A DNA stretch of 64,000 nt from Myxococcota bacterium (GTDB lineage: Bacteria > Myxococcota_A > SURF-8), in NCBI GenBank assembly GCA_963674735.2, contig CAXXQS010000002.1, positions 2,308,179-2,372,178 on the forward strand, written 5' to 3'. Shown here in pieces: positions 1-9,436 of the stretch; the first letter of the stretch is position 1; each line of letters opens with the position of its first letter. Made by a program: the position numbers and the translations under genes. Below the pieces are notes generated by a model that worked only from the letters and a program-made list of their open reading frames with translations, made no database searches and was not told the DNA's origin.

Positions 1-1346
1 TGGGACTGAGTGGAATCCAGATTTTTAAGCTACTGCCGAAGACCAACTGCGGTGAGTGTGGCGTGCCCACTTGCCTGGCTTTCGGTATGAACCTGGCGGC
101 GGGTAAGGCGGAGTTGTCGCAATGCCCGTACGTCAGCGAAGAAGCCCAAGAAAAACTTGCCGCCGAGTCGGCGCCCCCCATTCGCACCGTCAATTTCGGG
201 TCCGGCGAAAACGTGGTGCCCGTTGGGGGTGAAACCGTGCTGTATCGGCACGAAAAAACCTTCGTCAACAAACCCGGTCTGGGCCTGCTCGTCTGCGACG
301 ACGAGCCGGAAGCCGACGTGAAGGAAAAGCTGCAGCGCTTCACCAATCTGCAGTACGAGCGCGTCGGATTGAATCTCCGGGCCGAAGTGGTCGCGCTTAA
401 ATCCAACACCGGCGACCCCGCCAAGTTCAAGGCGCTGGCGGAAGCGGTCAAAGCCACCGATGCCGCGCCGGTTCTCATCGGCGAGCCGGAAGTGCTCAAG
501 GCGGGCCTGGCGGTATTGAAAGACCGCAAGCCGGTTCTTTATGCGGCGACCTTCTCCAACGCGGCCGAAATGGGCCAACTGGCGCTCGAATCGGGCTGCC
601 CCCTGGCGGTGCGCGGCGAGAACCAGGACGACCTGGTCGAACTGACCGAGTATTTCACCGCCATGGGGATCAAGGATCTGGTCCTCGATCCGGGCAAGCG
701 GACGCTGCGCGATTCGCTGTACGACCATGTATCCATGCGCCGTCTGGCTATCAACAAGGTTTTCCGCCCCCTGGGCTTTCCGACCATCACCTTCCCCTGC
801 GAGATGACCAACGATCCCATGCTTGAAACCATGTATGCGGGCGTGTTCATCGCGAAGTACGCGGGCATCGTGATTTTGTCGGATCTCAAGGGCGAAAACC
901 TCTTCCCGCTGCTGTTGCAACGGCTCAATATCTACACCGATCCGCAGCGGCCCATGAAAACCACCGAGGGCATCTACGAGTTCAACGGCCCGACCGAGAA
1001 CTCGCCGGTGCTGGTCACGAGCAACTTCTCCTTGACATACTTCATCGTATCCGGTGAAATTGAGGCCAGTCGCGTTCCGGCCTACCTCATGGTGCTCGAC
1101 ACCGACGGTTTGTCGGTGCTGACTGCTTGGGCGGCCGGGAAGTTCGTCGGCGAAACCGTCGGCGCGCTGCTGAAGAAAACGAAGATCGAAGAGAAACTGG
1201 CCACGCGGAAACTGGTTCTTCCCGGCTATGTCGCCGTCATCTCGGGCGACACCGAGGAGGAAGTGGGCAAAAACTGGGAGGTCCAGATCGGGCCGCGCGA
1301 AAGCGCTCACATCCCGGCGTTTCTGCGTCAGAATTTCCCAGCCTGA
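1..1346 (+). CDS. acsC: Corrinoid iron-sulfur protein large subunit (ACDS gamma); start codon cut by 1 nt at the window edge
   Basis: The frame is open from position 3 as GLSGIQIFKLLPKTNCGECGVPTCLAF (4Fe-4S CxxCxxxxC motif). C-terminal NIYTDPQRP, TSNFSLTYF and GLSVLTAWAAGKF motifs are typical of AcsC. Confidence 0.95.
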   Translation, partial: GLSGIQIFKLLPKTNCGECGVPTCLAFGMNLAAGKAELSQCPYVSEEAQEKLAAESAPPIRTVNFGSGENVVPVGGETVLYRHEKTFVNKPGLGLLVCDDEPEADVKEKLQRFTNLQYERVGLNLRAEVVALKSNTGDPAKFKALAEAVKATDAAPVLIGEPEVLKAGLAVLKDRKPVLYAATFSNAAEMGQLALESGCPLAVRGENQDDLVELTEYFTAMGIKDLVLDPGKRTLRDSLYDHVSMRRLAINKVFRPLGFPTITFPCEMTNDPMLETMYAGVFIAKYAGIVILSDLKGENLFPLLLQRLNIYTDPQRPMKTTEGIYEFNGPTENSPVLVTSNFSLTYFIVSGEIEASRVPAYLMVLDTDGLSVLTAWAAGKFVGETVGALLKKTKIEEKLATRKLVLPGYVAVISGDTEEEVGKNWEVQIGPRESAHIPAFLRQNFPA

Positions 1347-1350
1347 GCGG

Positions 1351-1388
1351 ATGGGGGGGGGAATCTTCCCCCCGCCGCCTGGCGGCGC
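1351..1388. other. GC-rich stem-loops in the acsC-acsE spacer (possible mRNA stability element)
   Basis: gggggggaatcttcccccc and cgccgcctggcggcg inverted repeats, with no U-tract. Confidence 0.4.
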
Positions 1389-1423
1389 TTTCAACGGATC
1401 GACGAGTATAGGAGGGGATACGA

Positions 1424-2320
1424 ATGAGCATGAAAGTTATCGCCGAGAACGTCAATGTGATGTCGCGGTCGCTCGGACCGGCGATGAAAGAGCGCAATGC
1501 CGCGCCCATCATCGCCATGGCCAAGCAATGTGCGGAAAACGGCGCGGATTACCTCGACATCAACATCGGCCCGGCGCGTAAAAACGGCGACGAGCTGCTG
1601 GAATGGATCGTCAAGACCATTCAGTCCGAGGTGCAACTGCCGCTGTTTATCGACACCACCAACCAGAACATCCAGGAAACCGGCCTGAAATTCCATAACA
1701 ACGATTTCGGGCGTCCCATCATCAATTCCATCGATGCGGTTGCCGAGCGGATGGACTTTCTGATGCCGCTGGCCAAGAAATACGATGCCGGTTTCGTGGC
1801 GCTGATGTACGGCAAGGACGGTATTCCGCGTGATACCGACGAGCGTGGCATTCTGGCGGCCGACCTCATCGGCAAGTCGATGGAATACGGCTTCGAAGAT
1901 CCGGAAGCCCTTTTCTTCGATCCGATCGTGGTGCCGGTTTCCTCGCAGCAGAACCAGGTTCTCTCCTGCTGGGAAGCCACCGGCATGATCGACGACATGA
2001 TGCCGGGCGCCATGAGCACCTGCGGATTGTCCAATGTTTCGAACGGTTCCCCGGAGCATCTGCGCGCTGTCATCAATCAGACCTACCTGATGATGCTCAA
2101 GCGCCAGGGTATGCGTTCGGCCATCATGGACGGACTGGATACCGAGATCATTTCCATCGCCAAAGGCGAGCATCCCGAATGGGAAGCCGTGGTGGCCAAG
2201 GCCATGGACGGTGAAGCCATCGATATGGACGGCCTGTCCGAGCGTGAGCGCAACTACGTGAAGACAGTCAAGATCCTCAAGGGCGACGCGCTGTATTCCG
2301 ACTCCTGGTTGGAACTGTAG
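1424..2320 (+). CDS. acsE: Methyltetrahydrofolate:corrinoid Fe-S protein methyltransferase (pterin-binding barrel)
   Basis: IAENVN, GADYLDINIG, IDTTN, IINSI, FDP and GLSNVSNG motifs; RBS GGAGG; directly downstream of acsC. Confidence 0.9.
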   Translation: MSMKVIAENVNVMSRSLGPAMKERNAAPIIAMAKQCAENGADYLDINIGPARKNGDELLEWIVKTIQSEVQLPLFIDTTNQNIQETGLKFHNNDFGRPIINSIDAVAERMDFLMPLAKKYDAGFVALMYGKDGIPRDTDERGILAADLIGKSMEYGFEDPEALFFDPIVVPVSSQQNQVLSCWEATGMIDDMMPGAMSTCGLSNVSNGSPEHLRAVINQTYLMMLKRQGMRSAIMDGLDTEIISIAKGEHPEWEAVVAKAMDGEAIDMDGLSERERNYVKTVKILKGDALYSDSWLEL

Positions 2321-2327
2321 CGGTCCG

Positions 2328-3020
2328 ATGTCCCAAGAGTCTCCCACCCGCCCCAAGCTGGTGGAGCAGGAAAATCTCGACGTGGCGGCGCGGCTGGCGC
2401 AGGACATCCTGCGTCGCCTCGACCCCGCGGCGATCGCCCGGAAATGCGGTGCCGAGCTGTTCGATAAGGATGGCCGCCCGCATCTGCGCGTTTCCTACTT
2501 CACCGATCCCATCGTGATCGATCCCTCCGACGGCCGTATGGCGAAAGAATCCGGAGACGGCGTTCCACTTTGGGAACAAATCATCATCCTGCACTATCTA
2601 ACCCACGACGGCCGACCGTTGGCGGTGGAGGATCAACGTCCCATCGCCTTCAAGGAGATTCCCGATGGTCGCTTTTACGCCGAGCCTTTCCGGCGGCGTT
2701 CCGTTTTGCCGCTGATCGCCGTGTTTGGTGAAAAGCCCGCTCTGTTGCGGCAGGCGGCGCTGGCGCTCGCTGGGCGTGAAAGCACGGGAGCCGACGTGGC
2801 GGTGGTGGTCAACGCCTTTCCCGAAGCGCCGGTGACGGTGTTTTTATGGCAGGGCGACGATGAGTTTCCGCCCGAGGCCAATTTGCTCTTTCGCGCGGAC
2901 ATCCCCACGTTTTTCTCGGCGGAAGACGTGGCGGTGATTTCGGGTATTTTGGTCGGTCGCTTGAAAAAGCAAGCCCAGTTGATCGAGGCGGCGGCCGACA
3001 CAGATGAACACAAGTCCTAG
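2328..3020 (+). CDS. DUF3786 domain protein
   Basis: ILHYL, FKEIPDGRFY and LWQGDDEFPPEANLLF...SAED motifs; this family is common in acs clusters. Confidence 0.8.
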   Translation: MSQESPTRPKLVEQENLDVAARLAQDILRRLDPAAIARKCGAELFDKDGRPHLRVSYFTDPIVIDPSDGRMAKESGDGVPLWEQIIILHYLTHDGRPLAVEDQRPIAFKEIPDGRFYAEPFRRRSVLPLIAVFGEKPALLRQAALALAGRESTGADVAVVVNAFPEAPVTVFLWQGDDEFPPEANLLFRADIPTFFSAEDVAVISGILVGRLKKQAQLIEAAADTDEHKS

Positions 3021-3030
3021 GAGGTGAGTG

Positions 3031-3807
3031 GTGAAACTGAAGCTGGCATTTGGTGGCAAGGGCGGCGTGGGTAAAACGACCGTGACCGCGCTCATGGCCC
3101 GGTTGCTGGCGAAAAAGGGTAAACGCGTGATCGCCGTGGATGCCGATCCCGTGGCCAATCTGGCGGCGGCATTGGGGATTCCGGAAGACGAGCCCATCAC
3201 GCCCATCTCCCAACTCTCCGATCTGATCGCCGAGCGCACCGGTTCGCAAAAAGGCACCTACGGCGGTTTTTTCAAGCTTAATCCGCGTGTCGACGATATT
3301 CCCGAGCGTTTTTCGCTCGACCGCGACGGCGTGAAACTGTTGGTGATGGGCACGGTGGACAGCGGCGGTTCGGGCTGCATCTGCCCGGAAAGCGTGATGC
3401 TCAAAGCCCTCATGCAGCATCTGGTGCTTTACAACGACGACGTGGTGCTGATGGACATGGAGGCCGGGGTGGAGCATCTGGGACGCGCCACGACCGGATC
3501 GGTGGATGCACTGCTGACAGTGGTCAATCCCGGTGCGCGCAGCCGCGTGGCCGCCGAGCGCATCCGCAAGCTGGCCAGCGATCTCGGCATCAAACGCGTG
3601 CTCGTTATCGGTAACCGCGTGCGCGGTCCCGAGGACGAAGCGCTCATCCGCGAGGCGCTGTCGGAGTTTGAGATTCTGGGATTTCTACCCGAAATGGATG
3701 AACTCATCCAGGCCGACCGAAAAGGCGTACGGCCTTTCGAGAACCTCGACGAACTGCCGGAGTCGGTGCATGTGCTGGCCGAGCGTTTGATCAACCTTTC
3801 GGAGTAA
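3031..3807 (+). CDS. cooC: CO dehydrogenase/ACS nickel-insertion ATPase CooC/AcsF
   Basis: GKGGVGKT Walker A, DADP, GSGCICP (CxC Ni site) and DMEAGVEHLGR. Confidence 0.92.
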   Translation: MKLKLAFGGKGGVGKTTVTALMARLLAKKGKRVIAVDADPVANLAAALGIPEDEPITPISQLSDLIAERTGSQKGTYGGFFKLNPRVDDIPERFSLDRDGVKLLVMGTVDSGGSGCICPESVMLKALMQHLVLYNDDVVLMDMEAGVEHLGRATTGSVDALLTVVNPGARSRVAAERIRKLASDLGIKRVLVIGNRVRGPEDEALIREALSEFEILGFLPEMDELIQADRKGVRPFENLDELPESVHVLAERLINLSE

Positions 3808-3985
3808 ACAGGATGCGGTGACCCATCAAGTCGATTTCCTCGATGGTGCCTTCCACTTCCACGCTCTCACCGAGAATGCCGCGCAACAGGTATTTCCCCT
3901 CGCCCAGCGGTTTGACCTGGGCGACCGTTTCCATGATCTTTTCCTGCGTATCCGCCCTCACGATATAAGCCGTCGATTCGCACAT
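3791..3985 (-). CDS. cooT: CooT family nickel-binding protein
   Basis: N-terminus MCESTAY, C-terminus IEEIDLMGHRI, 64 aa; RBS AAAGGGG before the ATG at 3985. Confidence 0.85.
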   Translation of the reverse strand: MCESTAYIVRADTQEKIMETVAQVKPLGEGKYLLRGILGESVEVEGTIEEIDLMGHRILFTPKG

Positions 3986-4224
3986 GTCGTATCCCCTTTC
4001 GATCGAACAACCTGACATCAGCCTAAGCCTTTATGGCGCGGGTTTCAAGGAGAATTGCGGGGAGGAGGCTGGAATCTCTCTCCAGCCCGCGTTCGCGGAC
4101 GAAGGGGGCAAGCGGTCGGAAAAGGCGGAGCCCGTCGGGAGACGCGCTCCAACACGCGGGATGTTTTGAAAAAAAGAATTGGCCGGACTGAACGAAGGGC
4201 AGCCCGGCGCAAATCCTGCTTGGA

Positions 4225-4743
4225 CTATCCGAGTTTTTTAATGAGATCGTCGATTGCCGTCTGGGCGTCGATATCTTGGGTGTGCAGGATGATCTCCGCG
4301 TCCGAATGGGGCTCGAAGGGATCGTCGATGCCGGTGAAATTCGGGATTTCGCCGGCGCGCGCGCGTTTGTATAACCCCTTGGGGTCGCGCTCTTCACAGA
4401 CGGCCAGCGGCGTGTTCACCCAGGCGAAGTTGAGAGGAAGGCCGTGAAAGGATTCCCGGATCTTGTGGCGGATCGACTGGTAGGGCGTGATGGCCGCCAC
4501 GATGACCAGGCCCTTGTGGCGCACGATTTCGCGGGCCACGAAGGCGATACGCAAGAGGTTCATTTCGCGGTCTTCCTGCGAAAACCCCAACCCCTTGCTC
4601 AAATGGCGGCGCACGATATCGCCGTCCAGCATCGTTACCGTGCGACCGGCTTCCATCAGGCGTTGCTCTAGAATCTCCGCCAGGGTCGTTTTGCCTGCAC
4701 CCGAAAGACCGGTAAACCAAATACAACATCCGTTCTGCAGCAT
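4225..4743 (-). CDS. cysC: Adenylyl-sulfate (APS) kinase
   Basis: WFTGLSGAGKTT P-loop, LDGDIVR and RDPKGLY; RBS AGGAGG. Confidence 0.95.
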   Translation of the reverse strand: MLQNGCCIWFTGLSGAGKTTLAEILEQRLMEAGRTVTMLDGDIVRRHLSKGLGFSQEDREMNLLRIAFVAREIVRHKGLVIVAAITPYQSIRHKIRESFHGLPLNFAWVNTPLAVCEERDPKGLYKRARAGEIPNFTGIDDPFEPHSDAEIILHTQDIDAQTAIDDLIKKLG

Positions 4744-4774
4744 GGTACTTCCTCCTGGAACGTGAAGGCTGAGC

Positions 4775-6205
4775 CTAGAGGCTCAACCGGGTGAGATCAT
4801 CGTAAACCGCCTGTGCTTCGCTCATCAAGGCCGGGGGCAGGTCGTCGACCGCGTGCGGTCTGGCGGGTGAAATTCCATCCGCCGCGCCGTCCGGCAAGGT
4901 CATCCCCAGGCGCTCGAACACGGCGCCGAGAACGCGCGCCGGGTCTTCCCCGAGGCGCTCGTAGGAGACGAACAGGCTGTCCGCCGGAGCCTGCGCGAGA
5001 ACGTAGCGATAGCTGCGAATCCACAGGGTTACCCAATAGGCCAGTTCGGCCGGGGATGTTTCGCCATCCTGCGGGGGATCGTCCGGGAAGCGGAAAGGCT
5101 TGTGGTTGCCGCCGAATTCGTGGTGCCCGAGCCAGGTCATGTAGGTCAACCCGAAGGCGTCTTCCTTATGCCGGATCAGAAAGCGTTCATGCTGCTGTTT
5201 GAGCGACAAGGCGTGCTGAATGGGATCGCGAAACGGAATGATGATCACGCTGCCGGGAAAGGCTTTTTTTAAACTGGGTAAGCGCAAGAGGTTGTTGTTG
5301 TTTTTCGACAGGTAACGCCGTGGGTCTCCATTCGTGGCGGCCGCCACCTGTGCGACGTAGTGCCGGAAGCGGTCGAGCGTTTCCGTGTCGGGCGAATGGG
5401 GAACGAGTGCATCCGGCTGCATGTAAGCCGGGCCGTCGAAAATGCGCCAGAAGACTTCTTCGAAGGCCTCGGGCGAATCGTAGTTCACCTTGATGCGGTC
5501 GCCGTGGGCGCGTTCCTCTTCAGCTTTGTGCTGCCGCAGGAATTTGGAGGCTTTGGACCACAGCTTGGGCATCAGGACGAAGGGCATGTCGCGGTAAGTG
5601 AGCGAGCGAAACGCGCCGGTGCCGTACAAGGTGCGCATCAAAATGGTGGTGCCCGCACGCGCCAGACCGCTGACGAAAACCGGTTGGGCGTCGGCCGCCG
5701 GGGGCTCGGCCGGGTGCAGCATACGCTCCATGTCGAAGGAGGTTTCCGCTACCGCGCGGGAACCGAGAGCCAGACGATGCAAAAAGCGCGACAGCGTCCC
5801 GTATTCTTCGATCGTCCTTTTTTTCGGGCTTCCGATCAAGGCCTGGCGCAAATAGTAATACACGACGGCGAAGGCGACGGAGAATCCGATCGGCCCCCAG
5901 TCGGACAGCAGCACGAGCACCGGACGTTCGAAGGGCCGCAGATAGTCCCACACCAGCGGTACGACAAGCGCCGCTCCCACGATTGCGGCCATCATCACGA
6001 TCAGTTTCAGCGTGGTGAGAAAGATCGTGCCGGAGGCCTTGAGCAGGCGTGCCTGCTTCTCATCGTCGGTGAGGGTCTTGGATGAAACGACGCCCGGAAC
6101 GGCGGCGGTGGTATCGAGCATGCGGCGCAAATGGTCGGTGAAAGGCAGGCGTAGCGCCACCTCGACCGCCACGAAAACCAGCAGAGCCGTCAGAACGTAA
6201 ATCAT
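4775..6205 (-). CDS. PAPS-dependent sulfotransferase with an N-terminal multi-TM anchor
   Basis: 5'-PSB loop SGLARAGTT, SKNNNN, 3'-PB motif FRDPIQHALS and VSYERL; three hydrophobic N-terminal segments. Confidence 0.85.
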   Translation of the reverse strand: MIYVLTALLVFVAVEVALRLPFTDHLRRMLDTTAAVPGVVSSKTLTDDEKQARLLKASGTIFLTTLKLIVMMAAIVGAALVVPLVWDYLRPFERPVLVLLSDWGPIGFSVAFAVVYYYLRQALIGSPKKRTIEEYGTLSRFLHRLALGSRAVAETSFDMERMLHPAEPPAADAQPVFVSGLARAGTTILMRTLYGTGAFRSLTYRDMPFVLMPKLWSKASKFLRQHKAEEERAHGDRIKVNYDSPEAFEEVFWRIFDGPAYMQPDALVPHSPDTETLDRFRHYVAQVAAATNGDPRRYLSKNNNNLLRLPSLKKAFPGSVIIIPFRDPIQHALSLKQQHERFLIRHKEDAFGLTYMTWLGHHEFGGNHKPFRFPDDPPQDGETSPAELAYWVTLWIRSYRYVLAQAPADSLFVSYERLGEDPARVLGAVFERLGMTLPDGAADGISPARPHAVDDLPPALMSEAQAVYDDLTRLSL

Positions 6206-6447
6206 TCCTTCGTCTCATCCTCTTTTTGGGACGCGGCGTTCGGGTCGGGCTTTGACCCGCGTTTGAACAGCTTTTTGATGGGGTACCAGAAGATGGCGAA
6301 GATGGCCAGCAACACCGAAAGCAAAACGCCCAGAATGGCGCCGATGGTGCCGAGACCCAGTCCGGGACCGATGTAGGCATGCGCCGGTGCGGCGAAAACC
6401 AACAGCAACCAGCAGATGGCCAGAAATGGCGGAATTAGTCGGAACAT
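6202..6447 (-). CDS. Small membrane protein (signal peptide AHA, then YIGPG and one TM helix)
   Basis: Overlaps both neighbours (ATGA with the sulfotransferase start); signal peptide, Gly-rich TM and basic tail. Confidence 0.75.
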   Translation of the reverse strand: MFRLIPPFLAICWLLLVFAAPAHAYIGPGLGLGTIGAILGVLLSVLLAIFAIFWYPIKKLFKRGSKPDPNAASQKEDETKE

Positions 6448-7763
6448 GATGGCATTTTCTCCAAGTCGTAAAAGTCCGGCGGCAGATAAACGGCCTCCGC
6501 CACGCTGAGTGTCAGGTTCTTTTCCTTGTCGTAAATATTGAGAAACTCGAAGACCACGCGCCCATCCGGGGTGACTTCGCGAACACTGCCGTAAAGCGGC
6601 ACCGAGAACAGAATGTTGCCGTTGGGCAAAACCTGATGCTTGCCCCGGTCGTAGGAATAAAAACGACTCGTTCCCTCGCCGGCCAGAATCTGGACGCTAT
6701 TCGTTTCAGGATCGATTTTGACGATGCGCGAGGCGCGACGGTGCATGTTGTTGTCGTAAACGGTGATGGTGCCGTCGGGTTGCCAATCGGCGTCGTGTTG
6801 ACGGCGCCACTGTCCGACCCGCCACCATTTGACTTTCAGGCTGGACGGATCGACGACGCACACCAGGTTGAGCGAGCGGAAATTCAAAAGCAGATCCCCG
6901 ACGGCGAATTGGGGAAAGGCTCCGGCCAGCGCGGCGGGCAAGGGCTCGACGTCGTTGGCGTGCCACATCTGGCCGCCCACCTCGGTGAGCCATGGAGAGC
7001 CCTCGATCCGGTCGTCCTGGCGAATACCCAGAATGTCGATTTCGGGGTTGGCGGTATAGATCGCTTCGATGGGCAACTCGCGCAACAGCTTGCCGGTCTG
7101 GATGTCGAATTGGCTGAATGCGCCGTTGCAGGTCGGGCCGACTGCCCAGATGCGGTCGCCTTCGTCGGGCGAGATGGCGTGGTTGTAGAGGCCCGGCGTG
7201 GCCCACAGGCGGCGGCCGCACCAGTCGAAACGCTGGATAGACGAGCCGAAATCGAAGGTGAAAATCAGCGAGCCGTCGGGTTGCGGCAGAATGCCGTGGG
7301 GATATTTCACCTGTTCGCTGCGCGTAACCTCGAAGGGCAGTCCGTTCTCATGCAGCACCCAGTGGTGCACGATGCGCCCCTCGGTATCGAGCAGAATCGC
7401 GCCGTGCAGACCGGCCTCGAAATCGAAAACGCCGTGGATCAGGCGGTAGCCCGGCTGGGCGCCGTCGCTCAGATACACCTGTGCCGCGGCGCGGCGCTTT
7501 TTGGCTCCGGGGATCGCTAACGTTTTGTAATTACGGGAGTTATCGACTTGCAGCAGGGAGTAATGGCGGTAGGGGTTGACGTCGGCGTCGTTGAGAACTT
7601 TTTCGACGAAGCTGGTGCCTTCTTCGGGATGACCGGCGGCGAAGGCCAGAAAATCCTGCACCACCGCATAGGGAAAAACCTCGTATTTCCCGATGGCGAA
7701 ACCCCAGGTCATGAAAAGTAAAACGGCCAGATAATAGACCGCGAATTTCTGCAATCGGTTCAT
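6435..7763 (-). CDS. Arylsulfotransferase (ASST-like, PAPS-independent), exported
   Basis: N-terminal signal anchor; His motifs YPHG, NHAI, WHAND and RQHDA; ITVYDNN; LPNGNIL beta-propeller repeats. Confidence 0.85.
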   Translation of the reverse strand: MNRLQKFAVYYLAVLLFMTWGFAIGKYEVFPYAVVQDFLAFAAGHPEEGTSFVEKVLNDADVNPYRHYSLLQVDNSRNYKTLAIPGAKKRRAAAQVYLSDGAQPGYRLIHGVFDFEAGLHGAILLDTEGRIVHHWVLHENGLPFEVTRSEQVKYPHGILPQPDGSLIFTFDFGSSIQRFDWCGRRLWATPGLYNHAISPDEGDRIWAVGPTCNGAFSQFDIQTGKLLRELPIEAIYTANPEIDILGIRQDDRIEGSPWLTEVGGQMWHANDVEPLPAALAGAFPQFAVGDLLLNFRSLNLVCVVDPSSLKVKWWRVGQWRRQHDADWQPDGTITVYDNNMHRRASRIVKIDPETNSVQILAGEGTSRFYSYDRGKHQVLPNGNILFSVPLYGSVREVTPDGRVVFEFLNIYDKEKNLTLSVAEAVYLPPDFYDLEKMPSCSD

Positions 7764-7957
7764 GCCAGCCGTCGCCTCGAAGAAAAAACGTTCGCGAAAT
7801 CAGACCCGTGACCGTGGCTTGACAGGCAAGCGTTCGTGAAGAAAGGATCTGAGCGCGCGACCAAAACCTGATTCTAGGTATCACCATTGGGGGGACTTTG
7901 TCAATCAAACGTTCTGTTTCCTATTATATAGAAGAACGGTTTTCGACGGCCGCGCCC

Positions 7958-7989
7958 AAAAAGAATCCCCGACCCAAGCGGGCCGGGGA
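7958..7989 (-). terminator. Rho-independent terminator after ino1
   Basis: Minus strand tccccggccc-gctt-gggtcgggga followed by ttcttttt. Confidence 0.7.
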
Positions 7990-8015
7990 AGATGAAAGCG
8001 GAACGGTATGACGGA

Positions 8016-9347
8016 TTAGTCTTTATCCATCATGTCGTAGTATTCGAGGCCCAGGTGGGTGATGAGATCTTCCTTCATCAGCCAACGCATGGTGTTTTTC
8101 ATCTTGTGCTTCTGGATGAACAGATCGTGTTCCGGGTAAACGCTCTCGGCGGCCTGCGGGCTCTTCCAGTAGAAGCTCAGCCACTCCTGGATACCGTACA
8201 TATTGCAGCGATGGGCCAGGTCCATCAACAGCGCCAGATCCAACACGATGGGGGCGGCCAGGATGGAATCGCGGCAGAGGAAGTCGACCTTGATCTGCAT
8301 GGGATAGCCCATCCAGCCGAAGATGTCGATGTTATCCCAACCCTCTTTGTTATCGCCGCGCGGCGGGTAATAGTTGATGCGGACTTTGTGGTACAGATCG
8401 CTGTAAAGCTCGGGGTACATGCTCGGTTGCAAAATGGCGTCGAGCACGCCCAGCTTGCTGACTTCCTTGGTTTTGAAGCTCTCGGGATCGTCCAGCACTT
8501 CGCCGTCACGGTTACCCAGGATGTTGGTCGAGAACCAGCCCGAGACGCCCAGCATGCGCGCTTTGAAGCCCGGGGCGAGGATGGTTTTCATCAAGGTCTG
8601 GCCGGTTTTGAAATCCTTGCCGCCCACCGGAACGCGGTTTTCTCTGAAAAGCTCCATCAGGGCCGGGGTTTCCAGGCACAGGTTGGGCGCGCCGTTGCAG
8701 AAAGGCACGCGCTCTTTGATGGTGGCGTAGGCGTAAATCTGGCTCGGGGCGATTTCGGGATTGTCGTCTTTCAGACCTTGCTCGAACGCGGCCAGCGATT
8801 GATGCACCGCCGACGGCTCGCGGAAAACTTCGGTGGATGCGCACCAGATCACCACGGCGCGGCTGCAGCCGTTGTCTTTCATGAAGTTGCGGATATCCGC
8901 TCTGAGCGCCTGGGCCATTTCCCACTTGGTGCCCGTTTTCTTGTTGGGACCGTCGATCTTTTTCACGTAATCGGTCGAGAAAACGGCGGCCATGGGTTTG
9001 ATGGACTGCATTTCCTCTTTGATGCCTTGCAGATCTTCGCGCTTGAGCACGGAGGCGTTGAGCGCGGCTTCGTAGGCGGTATCGTTGAAGATATCCCAAC
9101 CGCCGAATACCAGCTGATCGAGATCGGCCAGGGGCAAAAAGTCTTTGATTTTGGGGCTGCGCTTATCGGAACGCTTGCCCAGGCGGATGGTGTTCAATTG
9201 CGTCAGCGAACCGATGGGCTTGGCCAGCCCTTTGCGGCTTGCGAGGACACCGGCCATGAAGGTTGTGGCCACGGCACCGAGACCGGGCGTCAGAATCGCC
9301 AGCTTGCCGTCCTTCGGTTTAATGTCATCTTTGCGTAGGATGGTCAT
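8016..9347 (-). CDS. ino1: myo-Inositol-1-phosphate synthase
   Basis: GLGAVATT, GGWD, WCASTE, GKDFKTGQT, NILGNRDG, GDNKEGWD and RDSILAAP motifs; RBS AGAGGTG. Confidence 0.95.
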   Translation of the reverse strand: MTILRKDDIKPKDGKLAILTPGLGAVATTFMAGVLASRKGLAKPIGSLTQLNTIRLGKRSDKRSPKIKDFLPLADLDQLVFGGWDIFNDTAYEAALNASVLKREDLQGIKEEMQSIKPMAAVFSTDYVKKIDGPNKKTGTKWEMAQALRADIRNFMKDNGCSRAVVIWCASTEVFREPSAVHQSLAAFEQGLKDDNPEIAPSQIYAYATIKERVPFCNGAPNLCLETPALMELFRENRVPVGGKDFKTGQTLMKTILAPGFKARMLGVSGWFSTNILGNRDGEVLDDPESFKTKEVSKLGVLDAILQPSMYPELYSDLYHKVRINYYPPRGDNKEGWDNIDIFGWMGYPMQIKVDFLCRDSILAAPIVLDLALLMDLAHRCNMYGIQEWLSFYWKSPQAAESVYPEHDLFIQKHKMKNTMRWLMKEDLITHLGLEYYDMMDKD

Positions 9348-9436
9348 AATCACCTCTCTTCATCTTCCGACTCACATCCAATAAACGGTGTCGGCCGATC
9401 AAGCCGTGCTCCGGTTTGGTCTGCCCGAATTGGGAC

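Noticed and set aside
30-2407. Long antisense ORFs (454 and 338 aa) opposite acsC/acsE, and similar ones opposite ino1, nupC, the lipase and oadA
   Set aside because: Shadow ORFs caused by high-GC codon bias; they have no motifs and the opposite strand has clear family signatures.
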